Part shown: positions 22,501-30,428 of the stretch, piece by piece
How positions within the stretch are numbered: position 1 is the first letter of the stretch
Layout: every line of letters starts with the position of its first letter
Source of the DNA: Promethearchaeota archaeon
GTDB taxonomy: Archaea; Asgardarchaeota; Lokiarchaeia; Sigyniarchaeales; SOKP01
Direction: 5' to 3'
Assembly (NCBI GenBank): GCA_048938855.1
Contig: JBHLLT010000002.1
Location: 384,001-448,000 of the forward strand
Length of the DNA stretch: 64,000 bases
Translations under genes and position numbers: made by a program
The notes under the pieces: model-generated
Database searches by the model: none
The model's input: only the letters and a program-made list of their open reading frames with translations
Told to the model about the DNA's origin: nothing

Positions 22501-25107
22501 TAAAGTGATTAACGGTAAGACATACGCATATAAAGTTCCACTTAATAGGAACCATGGGTAGTAGAATACTGTTGTAAAGCTTATACAAAATCCAACAATC
22601 ACACGTGATTTCAGAAAGAAATTAACAGTTTTTTCTTTACATTCTAATTTTTTTAATGAATAATAGTAAACACTTAAAATTATAAAAAGAATATATAAAG
22701 TAAAATTAATTACTGTCATTATTAAGAGAATTAAATCAAAATATAGGCCTAAATTATATATATCTAACCCTATAAAAGTGGGAATCACTGTTAATGTTGC
22801 AGATAATATTACACTGTTTACTTTAATTGCGCTAATTGCAAAGGTAGGATATATCTGTTTCTTTCTTAGATAGATAACAGGCAAAAAGAAGACTAAAGTA
22901 GAGACCAAAAGTGGGAGATTAAAAACAAATATTGTATTCAATGTTAGCCTTAAAAATAAGTAAAATACTATTAATACGCTATATAGCAAAACAAAAACAT
23001 TTATTTTAATGTAAAAGTCTTCAGAAAAAATCCATCTTTTTGAGATAAGGTTAATTAATACGCAAACTGAAGCTAATGATGAAAATATTGAATATAGTGC
23101 ATTATCAAACAAAGGGAGACTATGAAATACTGAAAAAAATAATGTATAGAATAAATATAAAAGTTCGATGGTTATCAAATATGAATTTATTTTAACATAT
23201 TTCTTAAACCTGGATTCTTTCACGCGATCTAAATTCACGCCAAATTTTATAATAAAATAATAGAAAACTGAGGTAATAAGGAAATCAAATGCTAATAGAA
23301 TAAAAATTGCAGAAAGCAAAGAGATAATAAGTAGAGATATGAATAAATCACTTAATAGTATCCAAAGAGCAAAATAAGTATATTTTAAGAAATATTCTTT
23401 AGGAAAAATATGTAGAACATTATTTAAATAGAGAAAAGCAATAAAAACGATTGGAAAGCAAATTAACGAGATACATAATACTTGTAAAAACGGAATGAAC
23501 TCGATTAAGTAGTAGAATCTAAAATTAACAAATACAAATAGAATTAGTTCGATTAATAAACTATTCACTAATACAATCCTTCTAAATAATTTAGGACTCT
23601 TTACATTGAAATATCTAATACCAAGTATATAGTTGGAAATTAGTAAGGTTATTAGAATAAATATTGAGTGTAAGAGAATGTTTGAAACTAAAATCACAAC
23701 GGGAGGATCTGAGGGAAATGTAGTAGATTCAATGATCATTGGAAAGAATATATATAATACTAAGCAAAAACTTGCGACAGCAAGTAAATTTTGGAAAATG
23801 ATAACTTCATCTTTAGCAAAATATTTTAGTTTAACGAAAATTTGTAAAACAAAATATAGAGCGATTGTAAGTATTAGGAAATTTATTAATATCGTCTGTA
23901 TGGATGATGGAATTATTCCAAATGAGATAGCGACTAAAATTGCTATCGAATTTAATAAGCCTGCAAATTTATTATACTTTTTTGAACATAGACCTGCCTT
24001 CTGTTCATAATGAAGCAGAAAATAGATGAATGGTAGAACTATTAAAATTATTAGAGGAACTCTTGTTGAAAAGGAATATAAAGAAATTAATATAATCAAA
24101 ATGCTAGAGAGAACTGAATTGTATTTTTGATATTTTACATATCCTAATTGAGTTTTTTCATTGGAAGTTTCTTCCCTTTCAGAATTATTATATATCGATA
24201 ACTTTGAAGTGAAATGAAAACCAATATAAAACCTGGATTTAAAATAAAACAAAACAAAAATTATAACCAAGAAAAGATTATTTATTACTTCTAAACTCAA
24301 AAATGGAATTCCCGAAATAACTCGTGCAGAAATTGTAATAAGAGGTATTTCGATTAAAAGAATAAAAATTAAGCCTATTTGAGTGTCTACTAATCGCCGT
24401 TTAAAGATTGTCAGGGATTTAAGTATAACTTTTTTTTCTTTTATAGATTCGCGAATAGATTTTACCTGAGTCTTTGTACTTGTAAAGGTAATAATATAGA
24501 AAATTATATTTGTTAAAAGAGCAAAAAGCCAAGCAAAATTAGTAGGTGCTAGAAAGGATAAAAAGAAAATATGGATCACATAATTTAGGAAAACAAGGAA
24601 ATTGTAAGGTTGTTTAATCATCAATTCGGTACTCTTAGCATGTTTAAACTCGCTTTCTTTTAAATCAAAATAATCTATAGGTTGGAAATGATAATAATAA
24701 TAAACGATATTATAGAGAAACGCATAACTAATAAGTGGAAGGTAAATAAATGAGTCATATGGTGAAATAAGGATAAATATGGGAGTTGTGATAAATGATA
24801 CAACGGAAATCAGATATAATACATGAATTCGTGCCCCTAGATTATTTGTTTTATTTAGAAAAAAGGGATTATCTCTATATTTGTCATAAGCTTTATAAAA
24901 AAATAGCAACGAAAACATAAACCCGACAATTGAGAAAGATAATGAAATGAATAATCCAACACTGGCAAAATTAAAAATAGCAAAAATTGCGATTGCTACT
25001 ATTAATGGAGCAATAATTAAAAAGAAGGCAAACCACCATGATTTATGGAGCACTTCAGTTGCCTTTCTAATTCTCTCTTGCGAGTTATCACTACTTTTTG
25101 ATTTCAT
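16546..25107 (-). CDS. Giant (2853-aa) polytopic membrane protein of unknown function
   Basis: Uninterrupted 8.5-kb ORF of I/L/F-rich helices separated by short K-rich loops; GGTGGG SD-like sequence before the ATG. Confidence 0.85.
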   Translation of the reverse strand: MKSKSSDNSQERIRKATEVLHKSWWFAFFLIIAPLIVAIAIFAIFNFASVGLFISLSFSIVGFMFSLLFFYKAYDKYRDNPFFLNKTNNLGARIHVLYLISVVSFITTPIFILISPYDSFIYLPLISYAFLYNIVYYYYHFQPIDYFDLKESEFKHAKSTELMIKQPYNFLVFLNYVIHIFFLSFLAPTNFAWLFALLTNIIFYIITFTSTKTQVKSIRESIKEKKVILKSLTIFKRRLVDTQIGLIFILLIEIPLITISARVISGIPFLSLEVINNLFLVIIFVLFYFKSRFYIGFHFTSKLSIYNNSEREETSNEKTQLGYVKYQKYNSVLSSILIILISLYSFSTRVPLIILIVLPFIYFLLHYEQKAGLCSKKYNKFAGLLNSIAILVAISFGIIPSSIQTILINFLILTIALYFVLQIFVKLKYFAKDEVIIFQNLLAVASFCLVLYIFFPMIIESTTFPSDPPVVILVSNILLHSIFILITLLISNYILGIRYFNVKSPKLFRRIVLVNSLLIELILFVFVNFRFYYLIEFIPFLQVLCISLICFPIVFIAFLYLNNVLHIFPKEYFLKYTYFALWILLSDLFISLLIISLLSAIFILLAFDFLITSVFYYFIIKFGVNLDRVKESRFKKYVKINSYLITIELLYLFYTLFFSVFHSLPLFDNALYSIFSSLASVCVLINLISKRWIFSEDFYIKINVFVLLYSVLIVFYLFLRLTLNTIFVFNLPLLVSTLVFFLPVIYLRKKQIYPTFAISAIKVNSVILSATLTVIPTFIGLDIYNLGLYFDLILLIMTVINFTLYILFIILSVYYYSLKKLECKEKTVNFFLKSRVIVGFCISFTTVFYYPWFLLSGTLYAYVLPLITLLISWFLLFYYSYKREYFNLDLIKKLTIYNFLALSALIISIPTIIGLELVRIGLLPNYILIITITLFLLFCFLRVSEFISTKIKLKSIYIKSFKTVGLITWFSFTLFVSYYIASIFITTIELTPFTYLILSCCFFVFFTLSIYTISFASKVITKLPNLSKFIDIPIYGLIISISSIFTFLIISLNLFTFLNTLPVLISGSTWIGFFFIIILLSLIFLNSLSEMRFTQLKTIIQLCTWLMVKSVICILLTSILNYFIYQFFILNVITLFCLTFAFFTPLSLYVLKNLKYISVKNQLALKKVTVIVFMISLLSIYLEILFNLTPQIPIFSFNPSLHISTLIITPILIIFYFFSKFNKIVEEEANLRLFGFYILSIILSTSLLYFGLFFSPILIVIVAIFILTKRNIFPIYRFITYFLLSYVIIVDVLVVLTFYEVITAYNIDLIGLFAINYPLSLSGVLFFSILLNIKRNNTFEKFSLYFLISTLSFIYLSLFTNILLLYNITISLFLFLLFLGISFYRKEDERYKWFINPCVILFVFDFISFMSYFVLFSGPIFSEFNPILTFTLTLSMTGFAFVLLYNNAPARFRKKSFYIVLISIVISFPTFIYFLIIAALSMPLLSIVPLIVSINFGVFLFYLSIGIYQWKVSWAIWKSGWYMWNILPIINWYIIYQSLTGIDIFTTELWSIGTLEFGGSFFLSLIICSLFFIPVVYSKIKKYFSIIVFTIWGESLFLLYWFSQNLFVADLVLRNLFFIMFSATLLMPLLMLFKFWKIVSIFWLFPMTFMNVSFLLFYLTSIGLPLEITISLDILVIGIFLIVYSFFPNIRSIGLVLITAYSISLLGIFLTIYFILYAVIHHIIFAVNLSLLVFGVTLFSSKYLKLPKRIIDLCLSWILIINFSWLTFNTFYFFLGFIILALSLGLTVFGCSYFIFNRYKMRLRLNKIYPYLAVALGSSLSITSLSSILFHAPIGILITVFSAVFIIFLYKIFVEYRYILWFVIPIPIISPIIEWLLTLDLIYSNWIFAFLSWPMLYLITFQILINLFKRSVEDDTEEIKNSIFKIYKDKTQLKWLNFTCFLTNSVCISLFLTIILPNLFMSIIFTDIIIIYQIFDFLFIWPFLFLICMKYIIKSELDIKLKGLLRNFSILSCVLYLFITIAVGMNIFLYLVFINLNLVIIIYLVLLSSTIMLFIEVAFMDKSIFKFLIDSTRNRFTLWSWFIFCNTFSLFIYLFHLNPFLLVLTFSVLNLLTLHFMSRLKISKETISKLRILLIYNSFIWSSFFIASLISNGLVLIFDQLRGFGYLSLLFQNSSLFLYFFSLLFVRIEKNIKYRVEFILFIVFQGLIAVNLAYIFILFGSLNFISINLIIFIEICLSFVSIKYYDIIWGKQKYPDFSSKIHSFMVLILYFEISIMVYGLVSAFLGVYESILVALSILFVLTLLDIYSIKKVKIIYAGLVHTISYFALSLNLFLFLHSFVSQFLFLLSLEIFFFLIMQFYTNYSFFKVLKLSSPVKKEAYDKAQKYIHRLLGIGFYATLCFSIVQPLILVGLNLQLILLILSIIIHILMIIDSVLFKFLGKLTDYVKSFSWIMIMIFTSTYLIWIYSTLFSGFFFTVIPIIVIIQILEFAYLFKLLSFWKVVATYKKKIKSGLIIISYLNFITWPLYFLGSNHFANLNLFLASLSILFVITLIDKIVNEKLRKSLRSISFLVIGALLSVDLFLGFLGVPNFDLALNISSSLLIFVIFLTIQVRPFKKHSKFVSKAFIFWLVIFTLLCIIVYRASSLGLGITFIIFGIILYPFIFLLEELKRFINNIVEYLSKFFKAIQLAIKNMFIKIFHFIKVNYKTLWIIFSVFISSLIGISISPAVGNLLGWTHSILLIFPIFGMMYAILPSKKTDDVDVRFRRRIIRLIISWGSIIVLLFAIITPVWYVFTFWISIWIIGVILLPYIRFKERSENISIKWRFYTLIIFIVLVIVVGIIVGIQIFVNIVL

Positions 25108-25302
25108 CGCCCACCACGATTTTTATTATACGTTGAGATTAATAATAATTTTGGTTTATAAATTTTTCAGAATTATCTTTACAAATATATTTTACTAATG
25201 TGTTAAGACCACTTAAAAGGTTTTGTCACTTATGCTAGTAGAACCTATAAAAATAGTAGTAAATCGTTTATTAAGGTGGTAGTAAATTTAAAATTAGTTT
25301 AA

Positions 25303-26625
25303 TTATCTAAAATTTGGTAAATAATTTTTTTGAACTTCCATCATATCATTAAATATCTTTTCTGCCATTTCAAAATTACCTACATTAGGATCAATAGCCA
25401 AACTTGCAATTGCTAATTCTTTCGATTCTTTTAGAACTGCTTCAACACATAAATCTTGAACTGATGCTTCGATACGAAGTAAAGCAGCAATATTTTTAGG
25501 TAATGATCCTACTCTGATGCCACTAATCCCATTTCTATTGACAATCGCTGAGCATTCTAAAATTAAATCATTTGGCAAATTATCAACTATATTATCATTA
25601 GGGATGTTTACTGCCGTCTCATACGAATTCGTATCATTAATTAAAGCTTCAATAATTGGAATAGCGCGTTCTCCTGAGGGGACACTATATAAGATTCCTT
25701 TTTTCGGAAATCTTCCTTCTTTTAGTTTTTTATAATATATAAGATACCTTTTATATCGCAGATCTCCTTCTTTTTCAATAAAATTTAGCCAATCTAACAT
25801 ATCTTGAGTCTTAGTGAATTCTTCTCCAAATTGGAGATATTCTCCTAAATGATTATCACCTACATAGGGAAAAAATCCAAATCTTTTATAAACTTCAAAT
25901 GTAAGCTTGGAAAACTCAAATTTATGTTCTGTAGTACTGAAATAATTCATAGCTTTATTATTAAATTCAGGCATCAAATCTTTACCAGTTATTAAGTCTT
26001 CAAGACTAATCAAAAATGCAAAATGATTTAATCCATTTGTTTTCATCTTTAATTCATCTATAGATTTATTAAATAATATAGGTAAATGCCGTACCATAAA
26101 TCCAATTTGATGGCATAATCCAACAAATTTTAGAATTTCTGTACTTCTTTTAATTGCTAAGCAAACTCGAGACACTGGATTAGAAAAATTAATAAAAAAT
26201 GCATTAGGACAAATTTTTTCAACATCTTTAACAATCTCTATAATGGGGGGAATTATTCTCCAGGAATGAAATGTACCCCCTGGTCCCCCACACTCACCCA
26301 GAATCTGGGTGGATCCATATTTTCTTGGGACCTCATAATCTTGACGCCATAATTTCATTCTATCTCCAATTTCTATTGAATTAATTATGAAATTGGCATC
26401 CTTTAGTGCTTTAACTCTGTTAGTTGTCCTTTCAAGAAACATTTTATTTTTATGAAGTTCATTTTCAGCGACTAAAAGATCATAAATCATTTCCAATTTA
26501 TCTTTATTAATATCATGAAGAACGACTGTAGACCCTTCCAAAACATCACTTAAATATATATCATTGAACATATGTCTTCCAAATGATGCCGAACCCGCTC
26601 CAATCAACACTATCTTTTTATTCAT
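25303..26625 (-). CDS. Glycoside hydrolase family 4 (NAD+/Mn-dependent alpha-galactosidase/glucosidase)
   Basis: IGAGSASF, GECGGPGG, INFSNP, VGLCH, GLNHF. Confidence 0.92.
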   Translation of the reverse strand: MNKKIVLIGAGSASFGRHMFNDIYLSDVLEGSTVVLHDINKDKLEMIYDLLVAENELHKNKMFLERTTNRVKALKDANFIINSIEIGDRMKLWRQDYEVPRKYGSTQILGECGGPGGTFHSWRIIPPIIEIVKDVEKICPNAFFINFSNPVSRVCLAIKRSTEILKFVGLCHQIGFMVRHLPILFNKSIDELKMKTNGLNHFAFLISLEDLITGKDLMPEFNNKAMNYFSTTEHKFEFSKLTFEVYKRFGFFPYVGDNHLGEYLQFGEEFTKTQDMLDWLNFIEKEGDLRYKRYLIYYKKLKEGRFPKKGILYSVPSGERAIPIIEALINDTNSYETAVNIPNDNIVDNLPNDLILECSAIVNRNGISGIRVGSLPKNIAALLRIEASVQDLCVEAVLKESKELAIASLAIDPNVGNFEMAEKIFNDMMEVQKNYLPNFR

Positions 26626-26718
26626 ATAATATTCCCCATTATATTAGGCAAATATTTTATGTTTAGTTAAAAGTATAATCACCTTAATATGTTCTTCTGG
26701 ATGTTCCATTATACTTAC

Positions 26719-26745
26719 TTGTCAAATTTCTTAATAGTTTGACAA
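26719..26745. promoter_or_regulatory. Inverted repeat TTGTCAAA-N11-TTTGACAA upstream of the GH4 gene
   Basis: Perfect 8-bp arms about 95 bp upstream of the GH4 start. Confidence 0.4.
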
Positions 26746-26814
26746 ATGGGAAGGAAATGGGAAAGTTTATAAGGTGTCTCTATCTAATTTTATATAATGA
26801 GTTTTTCACAAAAT

Positions 26815-26921
26815 AATAATACTACAGATAATAATTGCGGCTTACATGCATACGTAAAGCCAATCTTTATTCGTAGTATTATTAAGAGAGAATAAATCAA
26901 ACCTCTTAACCTTTTTCCTTT
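26815..26921 (+). ncRNA. Candidate structured small RNA or leader (long hairpin, second hairpin, pyrimidine tract)
   Basis: AATAATACTAC (26815-26825) pairs with GTAGTATTATT (26873-26883) around an inner GGCTTAC/GTAAAGCC stem; TTAAGAG/CTCTTAA hairpin follows; TATA box TTTATATA at 26789-26796. Confidence 0.35.
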
Positions 26922-27040
26922 AATTTTTACTGATTTGTTCTCTTTTATAACTACATAACAATAAAGATTATTTGAAATAGGTTAATATTAGATTTGTTCC
27001 TCCTAAAGAAGGACTCAATTAAAAAAGGAGGTGAAATAGA

Positions 27041-27220
27041 CTGAAAGAAAAATCAGATAATATGGATCTGATATTAGAATATTATCAAGATTGGGATTCT
27101 TATAAGAGCCCAGTCATGATGTCATTCGATGCCCCAAATGAGTTTTCCGAAAGTCTTGAAGCTGAAGACGAACGAAGGATGAAATCTTTAAGGCAAAAAA
27201 TGAGTAGAAGACTGGGTTGA
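27041..27220 (+). CDS. Putative 59-aa small protein (CTG start; 52 aa from the ATG at 27062), not in the ORF track
   Basis: Perfect SD GGAGGTGA (27027-27034) 6 nt before CTG; product LKEKSDNMDLILEYYQDWDSYKSPVMMSFDAPNEFSESLEAEDERRMKSLRQKMSRRLG. Confidence 0.55.
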   Translation: MKEKSDNMDLILEYYQDWDSYKSPVMMSFDAPNEFSESLEAEDERRMKSLRQKMSRRLG

Positions 27221-27268
27221 TAAAATTAAAACTTAATTATAAATTTTAAACAATTTTTTTTATTATTT

Positions 27269-28450
27269 TTATTTTAATAGTGGCTTTATACGATTTATTG
27301 CTTCAATTAACCTGTTTTCTGGTTGTGTTAAAGCAAATCTTACATATCCCTCTCCATATTGACCAAACCCAATTCCTGGCGTTGTTATTACCCCAATATC
27401 AATTAATTTCTTTACGAACTCCATACAACTAATATTTTTATAACTTTCAGGAATTTGAGTCCAAACATAAAATGTAGCTTGAGGTGTGTCAGTTATCCAA
27501 CCATTATCATTTAATCCTTTCACTAGGACATCTCTCCGCCGTTGATAAGTCTCCACTATCTTCTCCACTATTTCCGGTTTTTTTTCTGATTTATATTCAT
27601 TTAACCCTATTGCAACTGCTTTTTGAATAAATGTAGGACAACCAGAATCGATTTGAGATTTAACTTTTCTTAAACCTTTAACGATATCTTTATTACCCGC
27701 AACCCAACCACACCTGAATCCTGTCATATTAAACATTTTAGATGCACTATTAATTTCGATATGGTTAGGATCAATCTCTAATATTGATGGTGCAATGTAT
27801 TCTCCAAATGTAAACTCCGAATATGGATTGTCATGAACTATAATAAAATTGTAGTCTTCAGCATAATCCACAACTTTTTTAAGATAGACCTTAGGTATTG
27901 TTGCTCCTGTTGGATTATTAGGGTAATTTAAATACATTAATTTGGCTTTTCTAAGAACTTCTGTATCAATGGCATCTAAATCAGGTAAAAAATGATTCTC
28001 TTTTAATAAAGGCATTAAATAAGGTTCTGCATCACATAGTTTTGTGGCTCCATTCTCATAAACCGGATATCCTGGATTTGGGCATAGCACAATATCTCCT
28101 GGATTTATAAAGGCTCTAGCAATATTAGCAACACCTTCCTTACCTCCAATGACATTTGATACTTCATCTTTAGGTCTTAAATCCACATTAAACCTAATTT
28201 TATACCATTTTGCAACAGCTTCTCTAAAACTTTCTTCTCCCATACTAGCAGGATATTTCTGATTCTCGAGAATTTTAACTTGTTTTATTATCTCATTAAT
28301 GATCAATTCAGGAGTAGGTAAATCAGGGTCTCCTATTCCTAAAGGGATTAGATCAATTCCCTTCCTTTTCTTTTCTGCTATTATCTGTTCAATCTCAACA
28401 AAGACGTATATTGGTAGTCTTTTTATTCTCTCAGAATATTCTATTCTAAT
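27269..28450 (-). CDS. dapL: PLP-dependent class I/II aminotransferase, LL-diaminopimelate aminotransferase-like (extended to an ATT start)
   Basis: YSERIKRLPIYVF and LGIGDPDLPTP lie upstream of the track start; NYPNNPTG, HDNPYSE, SASKMFNMTGFRCGW. Confidence 0.75.
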   Translation of the reverse strand: MRIEYSERIKRLPIYVFVEIEQIIAEKKRKGIDLIPLGIGDPDLPTPELIINEIIKQVKILENQKYPASMGEESFREAVAKWYKIRFNVDLRPKDEVSNVIGGKEGVANIARAFINPGDIVLCPNPGYPVYENGATKLCDAEPYLMPLLKENHFLPDLDAIDTEVLRKAKLMYLNYPNNPTGATIPKVYLKKVVDYAEDYNFIIVHDNPYSEFTFGEYIAPSILEIDPNHIEINSASKMFNMTGFRCGWVAGNKDIVKGLRKVKSQIDSGCPTFIQKAVAIGLNEYKSEKKPEIVEKIVETYQRRRDVLVKGLNDNGWITDTPQATFYVWTQIPESYKNISCMEFVKKLIDIGVITTPGIGFGQYGEGYVRFALTQPENRLIEAINRIKPLLK

Positions 28451-28569
28451 TTAAAACACCTTCAATATAAAATTTGCTTTAGAAATATGTTAAATTATTC
28501 AATTAAAATGAAAAAATTTTCTTTATCAATTAAGAAAAATAAATGAAAAAAAAAATATTTAAGATTCTC

Positions 28570-29883
28570 CTAGGTGGTTCTTTCGAGATTAACTTCATAA
28601 TCTTTGGGATTCAAAGTAAAGAAAACACCCAAACCGATATTCATAATTATCGCCATAGTTAAGAAAAGAATAGCATAAATGAAGAATGCCTCTAGTCCTG
28701 CTAACACCCCGATTAAAATACTTGTTAATTGTAATCCGATTGTTGATCCAATATTTGTGAACGAATTACATGTAGCATAATAGGTACTATCCATTTCAGG
28801 ATATTGCTGTGATTCTTGACCTATGACAGCAGAAAATGCGGAATTTCTCCAACCAGCAGAAGATCCTAGTAGTAAGGAAAATATGAGTAATACAGGCCAA
28901 ACTATTGGTATTATAAATATCAAGAAAGAAATGGTGGTTAATATAAATGATGTGTAAACAGCTCGTTTTCTAGATTGTAAATCGGCTATTCTCCCTCCAA
29001 TTATAGCACCAGTAATTACCCCTAAACCAATAATTAAAGCTATTAGGGCTTGAGGAGCATATAAATCTTGGTGAGCTGGATCACCAATAAGATCCAATGA
29101 TGCCCCACTAGCAGAGACTAGACCCCATTGAATTAGAATAAAAAGAGGTACGACTACGAAAACAATTCCATCACAAAATGCGTTAAATAAAGAGAATGCA
29201 TATACTTTCCAATTTTTTCTTTTGCCAAAAATTATTTTAAGATTTCTTATGGCATTTATTTCTATTTTTTTTATTGATTCTTTAACTAGTAATATAGTAA
29301 ATGAAAAAATCATCATAGCAATACCTAGTCCTATAAATACTAACTCTACGAATCCTCCCGTCAATAATATTAAAATTACCAACAATGGACCACCAGCGAT
29401 TATACCAACAGACCTAAATCCCCAACAAATTCCTTGTACTCGTCCAAGCTTTTCTTTGGGGTATATATCTAAAATTAATCCATCTATGGCAGTATCACCC
29501 ATCGCAACTCCAATTACAATTAAGACTCCCAGAAATGTAACCAAAAATATTGCATTATTTGCTGTTAACAAAAATGGAAACATTACCCAAACTATACCTG
29601 AGAGTATAGATGGACCAATTATCCAGGGTTTTCTTCTTCCAAGGTTTCCCAAACCTATTTTATCGGACAAAATACCATAAATAAATTTTACCCCAAAGGG
29701 AAGAAGAACAATTGACATCATAGAAGCAATTTGACTTGAAGTTAAGGTTCCAGGAGGTAATACATAGAATAGAAAAATAGGAATAATTGTTGTAAACATC
29801 GATTGATTGATTCCTTGAACAAAGTAATTAAGTGAAAAAACTCCAATATTCAATTTTTTTAATTCTACCCCACTTTCTTCCAT
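28570..29883 (-). CDS. MFS transporter (AmpG/BT1-like)
   Basis: LPFGVKFIYGILSD, GRRKPW, DTAIDG, GGRIAD; about 12 TM helices. Confidence 0.85.
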   Translation of the reverse strand: MEESGVELKKLNIGVFSLNYFVQGINQSMFTTIIPIFLFYVLPPGTLTSSQIASMMSIVLLPFGVKFIYGILSDKIGLGNLGRRKPWIIGPSILSGIVWVMFPFLLTANNAIFLVTFLGVLIVIGVAMGDTAIDGLILDIYPKEKLGRVQGICWGFRSVGIIAGGPLLVILILLTGGFVELVFIGLGIAMMIFSFTILLVKESIKKIEINAIRNLKIIFGKRKNWKVYAFSLFNAFCDGIVFVVVPLFILIQWGLVSASGASLDLIGDPAHQDLYAPQALIALIIGLGVITGAIIGGRIADLQSRKRAVYTSFILTTISFLIFIIPIVWPVLLIFSLLLGSSAGWRNSAFSAVIGQESQQYPEMDSTYYATCNSFTNIGSTIGLQLTSILIGVLAGLEAFFIYAILFLTMAIIMNIGLGVFFTLNPKDYEVNLERTT

Positions 29884-30053
29884 ATTAATAACCTAAATTA
29901 ATCTATTTTTTATTAAAATTATAATTTAAAAAGTAATTTGTTTTTATGATTAATAATATTAATGGATTTTTATGGTGTAAATCTGAATTCTTTACCCCCA
30001 AATAGAGTCTTCTAATACTATGAAGAAGAGCGAAAAAAGTAAAAATTAGTATT

Positions 30054-30227
30054 TTATCTCGAAAAATCTCTCTGTATTTGGAGTTCCCGTTTGTAGAATT
30101 TAATTTGACTCTTTATAAACCTAAGCGGTCTTGGCTGTATTAGATGTTCATATTTCTGTAGATGATCTTCCAAAAGGTTAATGGCAAGCTCTAACTTACT
30201 AATTCTTTTTTGAGTTTGACTCATCAT
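30054..30227 (-). CDS. Putative 57-aa helical-hairpin small protein, not in the ORF track
   Basis: MMSQTQKRISKLELAINLLEDHLQKYEHLIQPRPLRFIKSQIKFYKRELQIQRDFSR; heptad pattern; fills the intergenic gap. Confidence 0.55.
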   Translation of the reverse strand: MMSQTQKRISKLELAINLLEDHLQKYEHLIQPRPLRFIKSQIKFYKRELQIQRDFSR

Positions 30228-30428
30228 AATTTTATCTTACAACAAACACTTAAATTTATATTAATCGGGATTTAAGATGCATCAATTAAAAATTATTAGG
30301 GGCTTTAAATTTTATGGATTTTTACTAAGACTTTCGCTTCTTCTTATAAAATCTTCTCATAATATAATTAAATCATGAATTTTTTTATTTATTAAAAACT
30401 ATTTAAGGAACTTTCAAATTAGGGGACT

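Noticed and set aside
22979-22986. CTATATAG and CTATATA copies inside coding regions (also near 37635, 46999, 47398)
   Set aside because: Isolated intragenic copies are expected at this AT content and were not counted as operators.
26815-27223. SECIS element or selenoprotein (hairpin plus ORF ending TGA-TAA), since Lokiarchaeia use selenocysteine
   Set aside because: The hairpin lacks the AUGA/GA core on both strands and lies 5' of the ORF; I found no redox motif interrupted by TGA in the window.
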